From the IMG/VR virus record IMGVR_UViG_3300024507_000487: DNA of 64,000 nucleotides. The stretch is one strand, 5' to 3'. Positions 20,491-30,451 of the stretch are shown piece by piece. How positions within the stretch are numbered: the stretch's first letter is position 1; each line of letters begins with the position of its first letter. The DNA comes from an uncultured virus (IMG/VR IMGVR_UViG_3300024507_000487) (lineage: Duplodnaviria > Heunggongvirae > Uroviricota > Caudoviricetes). The position numbers were made by a program, and so were the translations under genes. The notes beneath the pieces are model-generated. The model made no database searches and was not told the origin of the DNA. It worked only from the letters and a program-made list of their open reading frames with translations.

Positions 20491-20781
20491 TTATTCTAGG
20501 TCACACATAATACTATAGTTTTTTTCTAAAATATCATAAAGCGTTCTTTTTTTACCATCAGAACATAATATTTTGTGATTTAATGTGCATTTTAACTTTT
20601 TGCCACTTGATGTTGTTATTTCATAAACTTCTTGTTTTCCATTATTTATTTTATCTTTTACTTTAATAAAAATATTTTTTTTATATTTGATAGATGGAGC
20701 TAAAACATAATCATTAATATTTAATTCTTTAAGTGTTTTAAAGCCTTCTTTTGTTTCTACTACAGAATCTGGAGACAAACA
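20491..20781 (-). mobile_element. Split intein N-terminal half (IntN, 96 aa)
   Basis: Block A CLSPDSVVET; block B KCTLNHKIL (TxxH); stop shortly afterwards. Confidence 0.9.
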
Positions 20782-21393
20782 TTTATTAAATGAATATCTT
20801 TGACTTGCTTGTATCCAACCAAATAACTCTTCTGCTTGTTCGTCAGAAATAATCTTTGCTTTTTTAGCACCGTCAATAAACATCTTTTTGCAGTTAGCCA
20901 TTTCTTGGGTATTTTTTTTACCAATAGCTTTTCTCAAAACATCAGCTTCTTGCAAGTTAAATCCAGCAACAGCTTGTGCTATTTGCATAGCTTGTTCTTG
21001 AAAAACTAAAGCGCCATAAGTTGGTTTTAATATTTCATCAACGGATTCATGATAACTAGGAACTTTTTCTAAGCCATTAACTCTTTTGCAATAATGTTCT
21101 GTCATAGAAATTCCATCTTCGTCTAATGCACGAAGACAACCCGGCCTTAAAAGTGCGCCAAGAGCAGATAAATGCTCCATATTTTTGGGTTTTAATTTCT
21201 TTGACCATTGTTTACCAAGATGAGATTCCAATTGAAAAATGCCCTTGGTATCACCATTTGAAAAAATTTTCCAAGCTAAATCACAATATGGTAAGTTGTG
21301 TAAATTTATTTTAAGCTTTGGTATTTTTCCATTTTTAGATGGTTCTAAAATTGGCCACTTACAACCACAATCAAATTTATAAAAATCTTCCAT
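20491..21393 (-). CDS. dnaE: DNA polymerase III alpha part 2 (fingers) fused to a 96-aa split-intein IntN
   Basis: GIFQLES, ALLRPG, TYGALVFQEQAM, ADVLRKAIGKK, YSFNK then CLSPDSVVET...CTLNHK; start MEDF chosen from the GAGGT SD. Confidence 0.92.
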   Translation of the reverse strand: MEDFYKFDCGCKWPILEPSKNGKIPKLKINLHNLPYCDLAWKIFSNGDTKGIFQLESHLGKQWSKKLKPKNMEHLSALGALLRPGCLRALDEDGISMTEHYCKRVNGLEKVPSYHESVDEILKPTYGALVFQEQAMQIAQAVAGFNLQEADVLRKAIGKKNTQEMANCKKMFIDGAKKAKIISDEQAEELFGWIQASQRYSFNKCLSPDSVVETKEGFKTLKELNINDYVLAPSIKYKKNIFIKVKDKINNGKQEVYEITTSSGKKLKCTLNHKILCSDGKKRTLYDILEKNYSIMCDLE

Positions 21394-21400
21394 TATTACC

Positions 21401-22066
21401 TCAAGATATAAAGCCCTTTGCAGTACCAGAGTTTTCATTTAAAGAGTTTTTAAAGTTAACTCTCGTAGCTACTTTTCTATGTAGTTGAATAAAACTTTTC
21501 AATAGTAAAGCTGTTTGTTTAACATCTACTAATGCATCGTGAGCATTTGCTGTAGAAAGACCGAAAAATTCTCTTAAAGTATCCATTTTATGATCACGGA
21601 GTTCATTAGAATTATCAAACCATTGAAAAATAAAATCATCTAAATCAAAAACGCTTCTTTTATTAAATAAGTTTTGTTTTCCGTTTTTATCACAATCGCC
21701 AAATTCTTTTGCTAAACGATTAATAATAATTAAGTCAAAATGCCTAATGTTTTTTCCAGCTGCTATTGGAGCAAAGAAAGTGTTTCCTGGTTTTGGATTA
21801 TATTTTTTAATAAACGATGTAAAAGATTTCCAAACAATAGAAAGATCTGGAGCCTTTTCTAATTCTTCAATGCTTTTCTTGTTTATTTCAAGAGCTTCTT
21901 TTTCCAATTTTGAAAAATCCCTTGGTTTAATCAAGCTGCTATATTGACCAAGCTCAGTTAAACTTCTTGGATGCAAAGCCATCGCTGCAACTTGTATAAC
22001 TTCACAAGTTTCTGGGTTTACACTACCAGTTTCAAAATCAAAAACAACTATAGTTGAATTATTCAT
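21401..22066 (-). CDS. dnaQ: DEDDh 3'-5' exonuclease (Pol III epsilon-like)
   Basis: VFDFETG, NIRHFD, AHDALVDV. Confidence 0.85.
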   Translation of the reverse strand: MNNSTIVVFDFETGSVNPETCEVIQVAAMALHPRSLTELGQYSSLIKPRDFSKLEKEALEINKKSIEELEKAPDLSIVWKSFTSFIKKYNPKPGNTFFAPIAAGKNIRHFDLIIINRLAKEFGDCDKNGKQNLFNKRSVFDLDDFIFQWFDNSNELRDHKMDTLREFFGLSTANAHDALVDVKQTALLLKSFIQLHRKVATRVNFKNSLNENSGTAKGFIS

Positions 22067-22073
22067 TTTCTTC

Positions 22074-22319
22074 CTATTCTAGATCTAAGGTTTTTTTAAT
22101 TTCAAGTTTCAATGTGCCTTCTTCATCATATTTTAAATCTACATAAAACTCATTGCTTTTTGCAGCTTCTAAAAATTCAGATTTAAGATTAACTTTTCCT
22201 CCTAATTTAAAAACCAAAGCTTTCATTAACATCAATGTTTCTTTTATAACAACATCTTTTGTTTTAATTTTTTCATGCAAAGAAACAAGTTCATCTTGTA
22301 GATCGCCTTTTCGTTTCAT
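22074..22319 (-). CDS. Hypothetical protein
   Basis: 81-aa ORF coupled (ATGA overlap) to dnaE part 1. Confidence 0.6.
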   Translation of the reverse strand: MKRKGDLQDELVSLHEKIKTKDVVIKETLMLMKALVFKLGGKVNLKSEFLEAAKSNEFYVDLKYDEEGTLKLEIKKTLDLE

Positions 22320-24229
22320 AAACTTTCTCCAGCAAGAAGTTTTTGAACGCCCATCATTTTATCCAAAACTGCAACCCCAAGAATATCAAATTTAACAAGC
22401 CCAATAGATTCAAGATCAGACATTTCTAATCCAGCTATATTTTCATGAGATGTTTTATCATAAATCATAGGGCATATATTTTGTAAATTCTCAGAGGCAA
22501 TTACTATTCCAGCAGCATGTTTGCTTTGTGATCTTTTAGTTCCTTCCATCCTTATTGCTTGGGCAAAGTATTTTGCATATTGACCTTCTAATGTTCCGTC
22601 ATCTTTTAGTTTACAATATGGATCTAAATCTTTTTGGCAATTTTCTAAGGCCCATCTAATTATAGAAGGTTCTTGTCCTTCATCTCTCATTTCTTGTAAT
22701 TCTTCGGTTATTTCAGCTTCATCTGGAATATGTTTTGTTATTAGATTGCTTTCTTCAAAGCTACAAGCAGCGTGAATACGCAAAACATCTTTTAAAGCAC
22801 CTCGGCCTTGCATTCTTGTAAAAACAGATATTTGAGAAACTTTATCATTACCATATTTGTTTTTAATATAGTTAATAATCTCTTCTCTTTTTGATATTGG
22901 GAAATCACAATCAATATCTGGCAAACTAATTCTTCCTGGAGCATTACGACCAGAATTATAAAATCTTTCAAACAATAATCCGTTTTCAATTGGATTTATT
23001 TCAGTAATTCCCAATAAATAACTAACCATACATCCAGCGCCAGATCCACGACCTTTGCCAATAAGCCACCCCTGTTCTCTCGCCCAATTGCAATAATCAT
23101 AAACAATTAGGAAATAGTCTTCTAAGCCAGCAGAAGTTATAACTTCTAATTCTTTAGTGACTCTATCTCCATATTGATTAAATTTTGGGTCTTCTTTTTT
23201 AAAAGAAAATCTTTTTTTCCAACCTTCTCTACAGAGTCTTTTTATTTCTGATGACGATGAACTATCTCCAGTTATTTTTGGCAACATAGGAGATTTCAAA
23301 ATACTATAATCTTTGCACCTGTTAAATATTTCAAATGTATTTTCTATCTCTTCATTAGAGTTTAATTTAGAAATTTCTTCAAAAGACGGTATATGATAAT
23401 TATTTGATTTAAAAAAACCAGAAAAACCAAAGTCTTCATCGTTTTGAATATGATTTCTAATATCATTTAATGTCTTTTTCATCGAACAAGCTAACAAAAC
23501 TCTTTGGTCAACAGCATCTTCTTTTCTTGCATAATGAGCATCTGGTGTAGCAACGGTTTTGAAACCGTGCTTTTTTGCTATATGTCTTAAAGCTTTAGCT
23601 ATTATTTTAGTCGCTGGTATGTTTTCAGAATCTATTAACTGTATTTCTAAGTAAAAGTTTTCTTTTCCAAATAAGTCTGCGTATTTATATGCTAGATCAG
23701 TAGCTTTCTTTTCCCAATTAGGATCAATTAATGACTTGGCGTGTTCAAATGTTTCTGCTCTATATGCTTCTGTTAAGTTTGTAAATAAACAATTTCCCAA
23801 GTCAGAACCTGGGTGACCAGAAAAAACAATAAAGGAACCATTTGAAATAGACGCAAGAGTTTTAAGGTCAAGTCTTGGTTTTCTATAAAAGTTTTCTGGA
23901 GAACTAGAAATAGAACTAGCTTTTACTAAGTTCTTCCATCCAATATCTTGTTTTGCAAGAACACATAAATGACTTAGTTTTTTATTATCTTCATTCTTTA
24001 TTGTAGGTTCATTTTCACATATATAAAATTCACAACCAAGTATTGGATCAATAGATTTGGATTTTAACTTTTTATAAAATGAAATAGAACCAGATAAAGA
24101 TCCATGATCTGTTAATGCACAACCTTTTAATCCAAGTTCTGATATCCTATCTGCTATTCTTTCAGCAGAAGGAAGTCCATCAAGCAATGAATATTGCGAG
24201 TGAACATGCAACGGAATCCAATTTGACAT
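22316..24229 (-). CDS. dnaE: DNA polymerase III alpha part 1 (PHP + palm/thumb)
   Basis: LHVHSQYSLLDG, TDHG, GRGSGAG, LLFERF, PDIDCD, KHAAG, GLVKFDILG; stop 19 aa later. Confidence 0.95.
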   Translation of the reverse strand: MSNWIPLHVHSQYSLLDGLPSAERIADRISELGLKGCALTDHGSLSGSISFYKKLKSKSIDPILGCEFYICENEPTIKNEDNKKLSHLCVLAKQDIGWKNLVKASSISSSPENFYRKPRLDLKTLASISNGSFIVFSGHPGSDLGNCLFTNLTEAYRAETFEHAKSLIDPNWEKKATDLAYKYADLFGKENFYLEIQLIDSENIPATKIIAKALRHIAKKHGFKTVATPDAHYARKEDAVDQRVLLACSMKKTLNDIRNHIQNDEDFGFSGFFKSNNYHIPSFEEISKLNSNEEIENTFEIFNRCKDYSILKSPMLPKITGDSSSSSEIKRLCREGWKKRFSFKKEDPKFNQYGDRVTKELEVITSAGLEDYFLIVYDYCNWAREQGWLIGKGRGSGAGCMVSYLLGITEINPIENGLLFERFYNSGRNAPGRISLPDIDCDFPISKREEIINYIKNKYGNDKVSQISVFTRMQGRGALKDVLRIHAACSFEESNLITKHIPDEAEITEELQEMRDEGQEPSIIRWALENCQKDLDPYCKLKDDGTLEGQYAKYFAQAIRMEGTKRSQSKHAAGIVIASENLQNICPMIYDKTSHENIAGLEMSDLESIGLVKFDILGVAVLDKMMGVQKLLAGESL

Positions 24230-24264
24230 TTAATTCTTTCTAAAAAAACTTCCATAAATAAAAA

Positions 24265-24972
24265 TTACTTAGACTTTAATTCGCTCATTAATTCATTGAT
24301 TACAAATACTGACCAATTTTCCCATTGATCAATATCATTTTTCAAATATCCAGTAAATTCCCAACCACCATCAGATAGTTTATTTTCTAACAGACCCATA
24401 CAATCAGTCGTCTTCATCTTAAGGTTATGAACAATTCCAAAATGAACTTTTCCAACATCATCACTATCATCATTAATGATGCCTATAATTTTATTCGATT
24501 TTACCAAACCTTTATTTAGGGCAATTTCTTCGTCTATCTCTCTCCACATAGCACTATTATACAAGTCATCAACATTGTCTAAATCTGATTGCTCAATATG
24601 ACCGCCAATGCCTATAGACTTCATGTTATGTAATCTAGATTCATTGCCCTTTTTATTTCTTCGATAAGAAAATGTTTTATTTGCAGATGTAATAACGCAG
24701 TAAGGAATTACTTGTTTGTACTCAGGACTTTTTTCAGCAATATTTCTCGGAATCCATAATAAATTTTCTGGAATAAGTATTTCTTGTAAATAAAGTTGAC
24801 AATCTTCACCTGTTAAAATTCCTTGAAATTTACCCAAAGAATCAAGCAGAGATGTTTTAAAAACCAAAATATTTTTTGAATTTTCTTCTTTTTGTTCTGG
24901 AATATCTGATTTTTCTTTAAAAGAAAATAAGTTTAAAAGTTCGTTTAAGCTGCTAATTTTTTCTTCGCTCAT
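24265..24972 (-). CDS. NUDIX-family phosphoesterase
   Basis: KQVIPY, ESRLH...SIGIGGHI, REIDEE, VGKVHFG, ENWS. Confidence 0.8.
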   Translation of the reverse strand: MSEEKISSLNELLNLFSFKEKSDIPEQKEENSKNILVFKTSLLDSLGKFQGILTGEDCQLYLQEILIPENLLWIPRNIAEKSPEYKQVIPYCVITSANKTFSYRRNKKGNESRLHNMKSIGIGGHIEQSDLDNVDDLYNSAMWREIDEEIALNKGLVKSNKIIGIINDDSDDVGKVHFGIVHNLKMKTTDCMGLLENKLSDGGWEFTGYLKNDIDQWENWSVFVINELMSELKSK

Positions 24973-25988
24973 GTTGATTCCCTGTTAGTTTTACCGCCAC
25001 CACTACCATACTGTTTAACCGCTGTGAAGTCAGCATATTTAGTATAAACTTTTTCTAATCCCAACTCAACTATTTCCTCATGAATTTTTCTACAAGTTGA
25101 TACTCCATCTTGAAAATCGTCTTTATAAAACTTGCATAATTTACTGCATTTCCATTTATCTCTACCTAAATCCATAATTCTCATTGGAGTTTTGCATTTT
25201 TTTATTGATTCAAACTTCTTTCTTATCATTTCTTCTGTTTCTATAAGATCTTCCTTGTGAAAACATATAGAAAATGGTCCGCCAGCTTTAACAAAAAATA
25301 TTGTAACTATTATATTTTCTTCATTTGGATAGACTTTGCTTAAAGCATAATGATAAAGTCTAAGTTGAAAATCATCAAATAGATCGTCATAACCCTTTTC
25401 TTTTCCAGTAGACCAATTTTTTCTTTCTCCTGTTTTCCAATCTATGTATTCAATTGTTTTTGAATCTATTCTGGTTATAAGATCCATAGTTCCTTTTAAT
25501 CTTAAATTACCAGAAACGGTTTCTCCGTTCATAAGTCTAAAATCGTATTTAGCCCAAGGTTTATCTAGCTCTATATCAAAATATTTTTCTGGCTCAACTA
25601 TTACTCTATTCAATGGGGAAAACATTCCGTCTTTAAATAATAAAGTATCCCATAACCATTTGTCGCATTCCTCAAAATCTTTATCTGTCCACTCAAAAGC
25701 ATTTTCTTTTTTGCTATAAAATTCAAAAGCTGACTTAATAGCTTGCTCTGGACAAATAAGCAAGGTATCAAACTCTTTATCTAATTCATCATCACGAAAA
25801 TTTTTGGTCTTTGTTTGCAAACAAAGCTGTTTATTAGCTAGTAACTCTAGTGCTTTATGAACTATATTTCCTTTTACAGCTTTTTTATTAGAATCATCTT
25901 TAAAACCTAAACAATATGTTAAAAAATATTTATGCTGACACCATTCAAACGAGCCAGCTGAAGAAGACCTTAAATAGGTTATTATCAT
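24969..25988 (-). CDS. PD-(D/E)XK RecB/Cas4-like exonuclease
   Basis: GNIVHKALE, GTMDL, IDWKTG, QLRLY; terminal Cys cluster. Confidence 0.85.
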   Translation of the reverse strand: MIITYLRSSSAGSFEWCQHKYFLTYCLGFKDDSNKKAVKGNIVHKALELLANKQLCLQTKTKNFRDDELDKEFDTLLICPEQAIKSAFEFYSKKENAFEWTDKDFEECDKWLWDTLLFKDGMFSPLNRVIVEPEKYFDIELDKPWAKYDFRLMNGETVSGNLRLKGTMDLITRIDSKTIEYIDWKTGERKNWSTGKEKGYDDLFDDFQLRLYHYALSKVYPNEENIIVTIFFVKAGGPFSICFHKEDLIETEEMIRKKFESIKKCKTPMRIMDLGRDKWKCSKLCKFYKDDFQDGVSTCRKIHEEIVELGLEKVYTKYADFTAVKQYGSGGGKTNREST

Positions 25989-26647
25989 TTAAACCAACCT
26001 TTTTTGGTTAAAAATTTATTTAACAAAGATAATTCTTTATCTACAGATAATTTTGAATTGTCTATTATTAAATCAAAGTTTTTAAAATCGTCCAATTCTT
26101 TTTCTGAAGAGTGTGTATCACTTGAAATACCCCTGTTTAATCTTACTACATATCCACCGTTTTCTTGAATTGATTTAACTTCGTTTACAAATCTTACATC
26201 TGGAATAATAAAAAAATCTCTTTTTAAAGAATTAATTTTTGTAAATGTTGCTTGTATATGTATGTTATCGCTTATTTTTCTACAAATTTCAGTTCCAAAA
26301 AATTGTAAAAATTCTCTACCAGTCATATATGAATCATTTTTTGTAAACAAACCTATATCTTTTGGATCAATGCCAGAAGATTTTATTTTTTCATAAATAC
26401 TTTCAGATACAAAATTAGGCATATCAGACCATTTATAATAAGTTAATTCATTTTTTTGTTCTTCGGTTCCATAAATAGATTTCTTTTTTATACTGAATAA
26501 ATTTTGACATGTATCTTTTAAAGCTAGTGCAAAAGGTATAATTTCTACTTTTTTATTTAAAAAAAATCTACAATGATTAAAAAATGCATTAGCTAGCGTG
26601 TCTTTTCCAGCACTTTTTTTACCACTTATTCCTAATATTTTACACAT
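25985..26647 (-). CDS. Deoxynucleoside monophosphate kinase
   Basis: GISGKKSAGKDT, FALALK, REFLQFFGTE, IPDVRFVNE, HSSE. Confidence 0.88.
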   Translation of the reverse strand: MCKILGISGKKSAGKDTLANAFFNHCRFFLNKKVEIIPFALALKDTCQNLFSIKKKSIYGTEEQKNELTYYKWSDMPNFVSESIYEKIKSSGIDPKDIGLFTKNDSYMTGREFLQFFGTEICRKISDNIHIQATFTKINSLKRDFFIIPDVRFVNEVKSIQENGGYVVRLNRGISSDTHSSEKELDDFKNFDLIIDNSKLSVDKELSLLNKFLTKKGWFK

Positions 26648-27752
26648 TGCATATGTCCTTCAAATTTGAATTGGATGATCCAGGATCTTTACCTTCATAT
26701 TTTGGTACTGCTATGTTAAAAAACCTACATAAAGATGACTTGATTTTTTCTCTTGCTTCAATGCCAGCTTCATCATTGTCTAATAATAAGATTATCTTAT
26801 GTATATCGCAAGTCTCTAATATAATTTGTTGAGAATCAGTTAAAGATGTTCCAAATATAGCAACGGCATTTTCAATACCTTTTTCATATAAAGACCAAAC
26901 ATCAGCTGGACCTTCACATAAAATTATTTTTTTACTGTATTTAGCAGCTTCTATAGCATTGTGTAAGTTATATAAGTATCTTTCTTTTGCAAAACCTTTG
27001 TTATTTACCCATTTTGAATATATATAATTTTTGTTTTTAGATTCACATGATCCTTCGTGATATTGATTGCACTTTAAACATTTTTCATAATTTGATCTTC
27101 CAGTAAAACCGACAACATGAATTCCGTCTTGTGCTATGACTGGAACTATAGACCTATCTCTAAAAATGCCGTCATTTTTCTTTGAAGTGCCAACACAAAA
27201 ATGTTCCAAGGTTTCTCTTTTATAACCTCTATTTAAAAAATATTGTGATGGTATATCCATACTTGAAATAACATTATGTAAATTCCAACCTTTAAAGAAT
27301 TTTTTAGTTTTTGTAAATATTTTAATATCATTACAAAACTTTCTTTTTTCTATATTATTTAACTCTGGAATATTAGATTCATCAATTTTCAGTATTGATT
27401 GACAAAAGTCATATGTTTTTAAAAAACCGTATTTTATATCTTTAAGTTGCCCTGTCCAATTATTGTATTTGTTAGAAAGAACACCTCTAATAAAACCAAA
27501 TGGTGTTGGCCTAAATATTTCTTCACAATGATGTGTATAACAACACCAGTTACCTTTTAAAGTATTCCCATCTAGATACATACAAAAAGCAGTAGGATTA
27601 TCTCCACCATGTATTGGACATGGAGCAGAAATATAATTCTGTACATTTTTATATTTAATGTCAAACATATCTAAGAATATTTGAATATTCTCAAATATTT
27701 TTTCAGACATAAAACTAATCTTCGTCTGATCCAAAGAAGTCAATTGGCTCAT
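26640..27752 (-). CDS. dnaG: DNA primase (Zn-binding + TOPRIM)
   Basis: CPIHGGDN, GFTGR, LYNL, CEGPADV, LLDNDEAG. Confidence 0.9.
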   Translation of the reverse strand: MSQLTSLDQTKISFMSEKIFENIQIFLDMFDIKYKNVQNYISAPCPIHGGDNPTAFCMYLDGNTLKGNWCCYTHHCEEIFRPTPFGFIRGVLSNKYNNWTGQLKDIKYGFLKTYDFCQSILKIDESNIPELNNIEKRKFCNDIKIFTKTKKFFKGWNLHNVISSMDIPSQYFLNRGYKRETLEHFCVGTSKKNDGIFRDRSIVPVIAQDGIHVVGFTGRSNYEKCLKCNQYHEGSCESKNKNYIYSKWVNNKGFAKERYLYNLHNAIEAAKYSKKIILCEGPADVWSLYEKGIENAVAIFGTSLTDSQQIILETCDIHKIILLLDNDEAGIEAREKIKSSLCRFFNIAVPKYEGKDPGSSNSNLKDICNV

Positions 27753-29199
27753 TTCTTGACACCTCTTCTGAAATAGTAAAACCGCTATTAGTATTTCTTA
27801 GTGAGTGAAAATTATTTCTTGTAGGCCCTTCAGAAATCCTACCTATCTCATATTCGCCACAAATGTTGATATAATCACCTTGTGATAAGCCATTTCCATG
27901 CCTACTAATAATTGGTATTAACTTTAAATTATATCTTTTGCCATTAGCTGCTGGAACTTCTTCTGCTAATTCCTCCTCTGATTTTCTTTTATATATAGAA
28001 AAATTACTGCATAACCAAAGAATTCTATCAGAACCAGACGCTACATCTGTATCTTCACGATTTATACCATCACGATTTAATTGAGTGAATGCAAGACATG
28101 GCACTCCGTATTTTACACAAAAATTATGCAAAGAAGTCATCAGAAAGCCTAATGCTTGATATTCAGCCATGTTTTTACTTATAGAATCATCACTCATTAG
28201 CTTAATGTAATCAAATACTATTAAACATGGATTGGCTTGACCGCTTTCATTAAGACCTACTTTTTGCATTATCCATCTTCGCATAATGCCTGATGTTTCT
28301 TCAAAAGGTTGTCCGGCTATTGATTTATAATAATAAGGTATTGATTTAAGCTTTTCTTTAGCGTTGTTTATTTTATTTTTACCATCTGGCAATGATATAT
28401 ATTTACCAGTTTCTATGTCGTTAATTTTAACTCCAGATATTGACGCTAACATTCTATGCCAATGATCTTTGTTAGACATTTCAGTATCTAATACTAAAAC
28501 TGGTATGTTTAGTTTTTCAGAAATGTTTAGTGCTACGGCATCTCCAAAGAATGACTTTCCGGTTTTCATTCTTGCGCCAATGATGTTTACTGTGCCAGGT
28601 CTAAAACCACCGCCAATACATTGATCATAAATAGGAAAACCACTCGGAATACCTATCTGAGTAATAGGATTATTTTCCAAGTGTTGTATATATTCATCTA
28701 TGCCATCGCCAATGAATTTTGGAGCAGAATCTTCACTATTTGATAAATTAAGTGTAAAATCAAATATTCGTTGTTCTGCTATCCCAAGTATATTTGATAG
28801 CGTTTCATCTCCAGTAACTGAGTTTAATTCACCGCTTGCTAGATCTATTTCTTTTTTTAATGAATTTGCAATCTTTAATTTTACAAGTTTTGCAGAAAGC
28901 TTTCGTGTATTTTTTAACTCAACAGGGAGAATGGTTAAGCTATTAAGATATTTTTTTTCATCTTTAGATTCAAAAAATTCTTTATAACCAAGCGAGTTTG
29001 CTATGGATAAAAATGTTGGAATATCTATTTTTTCATTTTCATCTTGATAATAATGTCTTAAACATTTGTAAACTATTTTATTTGAGTCTATAAAAAAACA
29101 ATCTTCATTTAAAATATCTGAAGATTCAATGTATGCATCTTTACCATGTTGAAAGTAAGAAGATAAAACTGCTCTTTCAGCTGCTGGGTCATGCATCAT
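27715..29199 (-). CDS. dnaB: Replicative DNA helicase
   Basis: AERAVL, GARMKTGKS, DTEM, FDYIKL, QLNR, SRHG. Confidence 0.92.
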   Translation of the reverse strand: MMHDPAAERAVLSSYFQHGKDAYIESSDILNEDCFFIDSNKIVYKCLRHYYQDENEKIDIPTFLSIANSLGYKEFFESKDEKKYLNSLTILPVELKNTRKLSAKLVKLKIANSLKKEIDLASGELNSVTGDETLSNILGIAEQRIFDFTLNLSNSEDSAPKFIGDGIDEYIQHLENNPITQIGIPSGFPIYDQCIGGGFRPGTVNIIGARMKTGKSFFGDAVALNISEKLNIPVLVLDTEMSNKDHWHRMLASISGVKINDIETGKYISLPDGKNKINNAKEKLKSIPYYYKSIAGQPFEETSGIMRRWIMQKVGLNESGQANPCLIVFDYIKLMSDDSISKNMAEYQALGFLMTSLHNFCVKYGVPCLAFTQLNRDGINREDTDVASGSDRILWLCSNFSIYKRKSEEELAEEVPAANGKRYNLKLIPIISRHGNGLSQGDYINICGEYEIGRISEGPTRNNFHSLRNTNSGFTISEEVSRNEPIDFFGSDED

Positions 29200-29600
29200 C
29201 TTGATAAATTCCTTTTAATACATTTTGGGCAAGTATATAGATAAGATCCTTCTGATAACCTAGCCAATGAATAAAACTCTTCTTTTTCAACCCTTTCTTT
29301 AGAACCGCACTTTGAACAACTAACATCAATTAAGGATTCGGTATATTCTGGTCTGTAATTTTTTTTAACCTTTTTTATATTTTTTTCAACAAGCTCTGGA
29401 TGTATTGATAAATCATCAACAAAATTATTTACAAAATCAGAGTCTATAGTTTTATTCGCCAGTTCTTTCTTTTTATTTACTCTTTTTTTAGTCGATTTTT
29501 TAGATTCTGGTTTAATACCAGTTAAATTAAATAAAGCTTCTTCTACATAAGAAAAACTTTGTTCTTCTAAAGCCTTGTTAAGCAATTCTACTATTGTCAT
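29196..29600 (-). CDS. Hypothetical protein with C-terminal Zn ribbon
   Basis: CSKCG...CPKC. Confidence 0.6.
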   Translation of the reverse strand: MTIVELLNKALEEQSFSYVEEALFNLTGIKPESKKSTKKRVNKKKELANKTIDSDFVNNFVDDLSIHPELVEKNIKKVKKNYRPEYTESLIDVSCSKCGSKERVEKEEFYSLARLSEGSYLYTCPKCIKRNLSR

Positions 29601-30099
29601 TTCTAACTCTCCTAGCTATTTGTAAACTGTTAAACATATCTGCTACTTTATCTACTTTCATGGGCAAATACTCAACACGATCAATAATATATTGAAGTTT
29701 AACAATGCTAAATTTTAACTTTTTAGCATAATCATCTTGTTCAGCAGCTATAGCAATTCTTTCTTCTGCCGAAAGATATTTTATGTCTGATACATATTTG
29801 CTAATAGTTTTATAAAAACATTCTCTATAATAATTAAGTAATGCTTTTTTAGAACTTATTTCTTTAGTCAGTCTAAATGAAAAATTATGAAGCAACAATG
29901 CTGCTTCGCCACATTGGTCAGAAGTCATTACTTTTAATTGATCATGCGATAAATTTAATAATCGCATACATTCATTTGGATTTTCTGGAGTAAAAGTTAA
30001 GCCTAGATTATTTTCAAATGGGCTATGCAAAGACTCAAAAAAATCTTTATTACAATTTACATTCCAAAATTCTGTTTCTCCACTCATCTTCACTCTCAC
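29578..30099 (-). CDS. Helical protein, possible UvsY-like recombination mediator
   Basis: All-helical character, size and position between recA and dnaB; similarity to UvsY is only suggestive. Confidence 0.35.
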   Translation of the reverse strand: MRVKMSGETEFWNVNCNKDFFESLHSPFENNLGLTFTPENPNECMRLLNLSHDQLKVMTSDQCGEAALLLHNFSFRLTKEISSKKALLNYYRECFYKTISKYVSDIKYLSAEERIAIAAEQDDYAKKLKFSIVKLQYIIDRVEYLPMKVDKVADMFNSLQIARRVRNDNSRIA

Positions 30100-30451
30100 T
30101 ACATGGTAAATCTATATATAATATTCCATTTTTTTCACAAAAAAGCCTTTTGTTTCTATCTCTAGCTTGCGCTTTAGCAAAATTTAATTTATTGCCATGA
30201 AAAAACGGTATGTATTTATAATGCTGTTCTCCATGAACCTCAACAATTATTTTCCTCAAAGGCAAGAAAAAGTCAGCATATAAACTATCACAACCCGGCA
30301 AATAAACTTCTTCCAAAATTCTATCTATTGGAAATAACTTTTTTAACAATGCCCTAGCTTTTAAATGATAAGAAGATTTTTGTTCCGAATCTGAGGATTT
30401 TCCCCAAATAGACCAAGAATATTCTTTGTTGTCTAATCCTGTTACTTTCAT
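30050..30451 (-). CDS. Vsr/DUF559-like endonuclease
   Basis: ADFFLP...IVEVHGEQHY...RDRNKRLFCEKNGI. Confidence 0.75.
   Translation of the reverse strand: MKVTGLDNKEYSWSIWGKSSDSEQKSSYHLKARALLKKLFPIDRILEEVYLPGCDSLYADFFLPLRKIIVEVHGEQHYKYIPFFHGNKLNFAKAQARDRNKRLFCEKNGILYIDLPCSESEDEWRNRILECKL

Noticed and set aside
24969..25988. Cas4-like nuclease as evidence of a CRISPR system
   Set aside because: No repeat-spacer array or other cas genes seen; stand-alone nucleases of this type are common in phage replication modules
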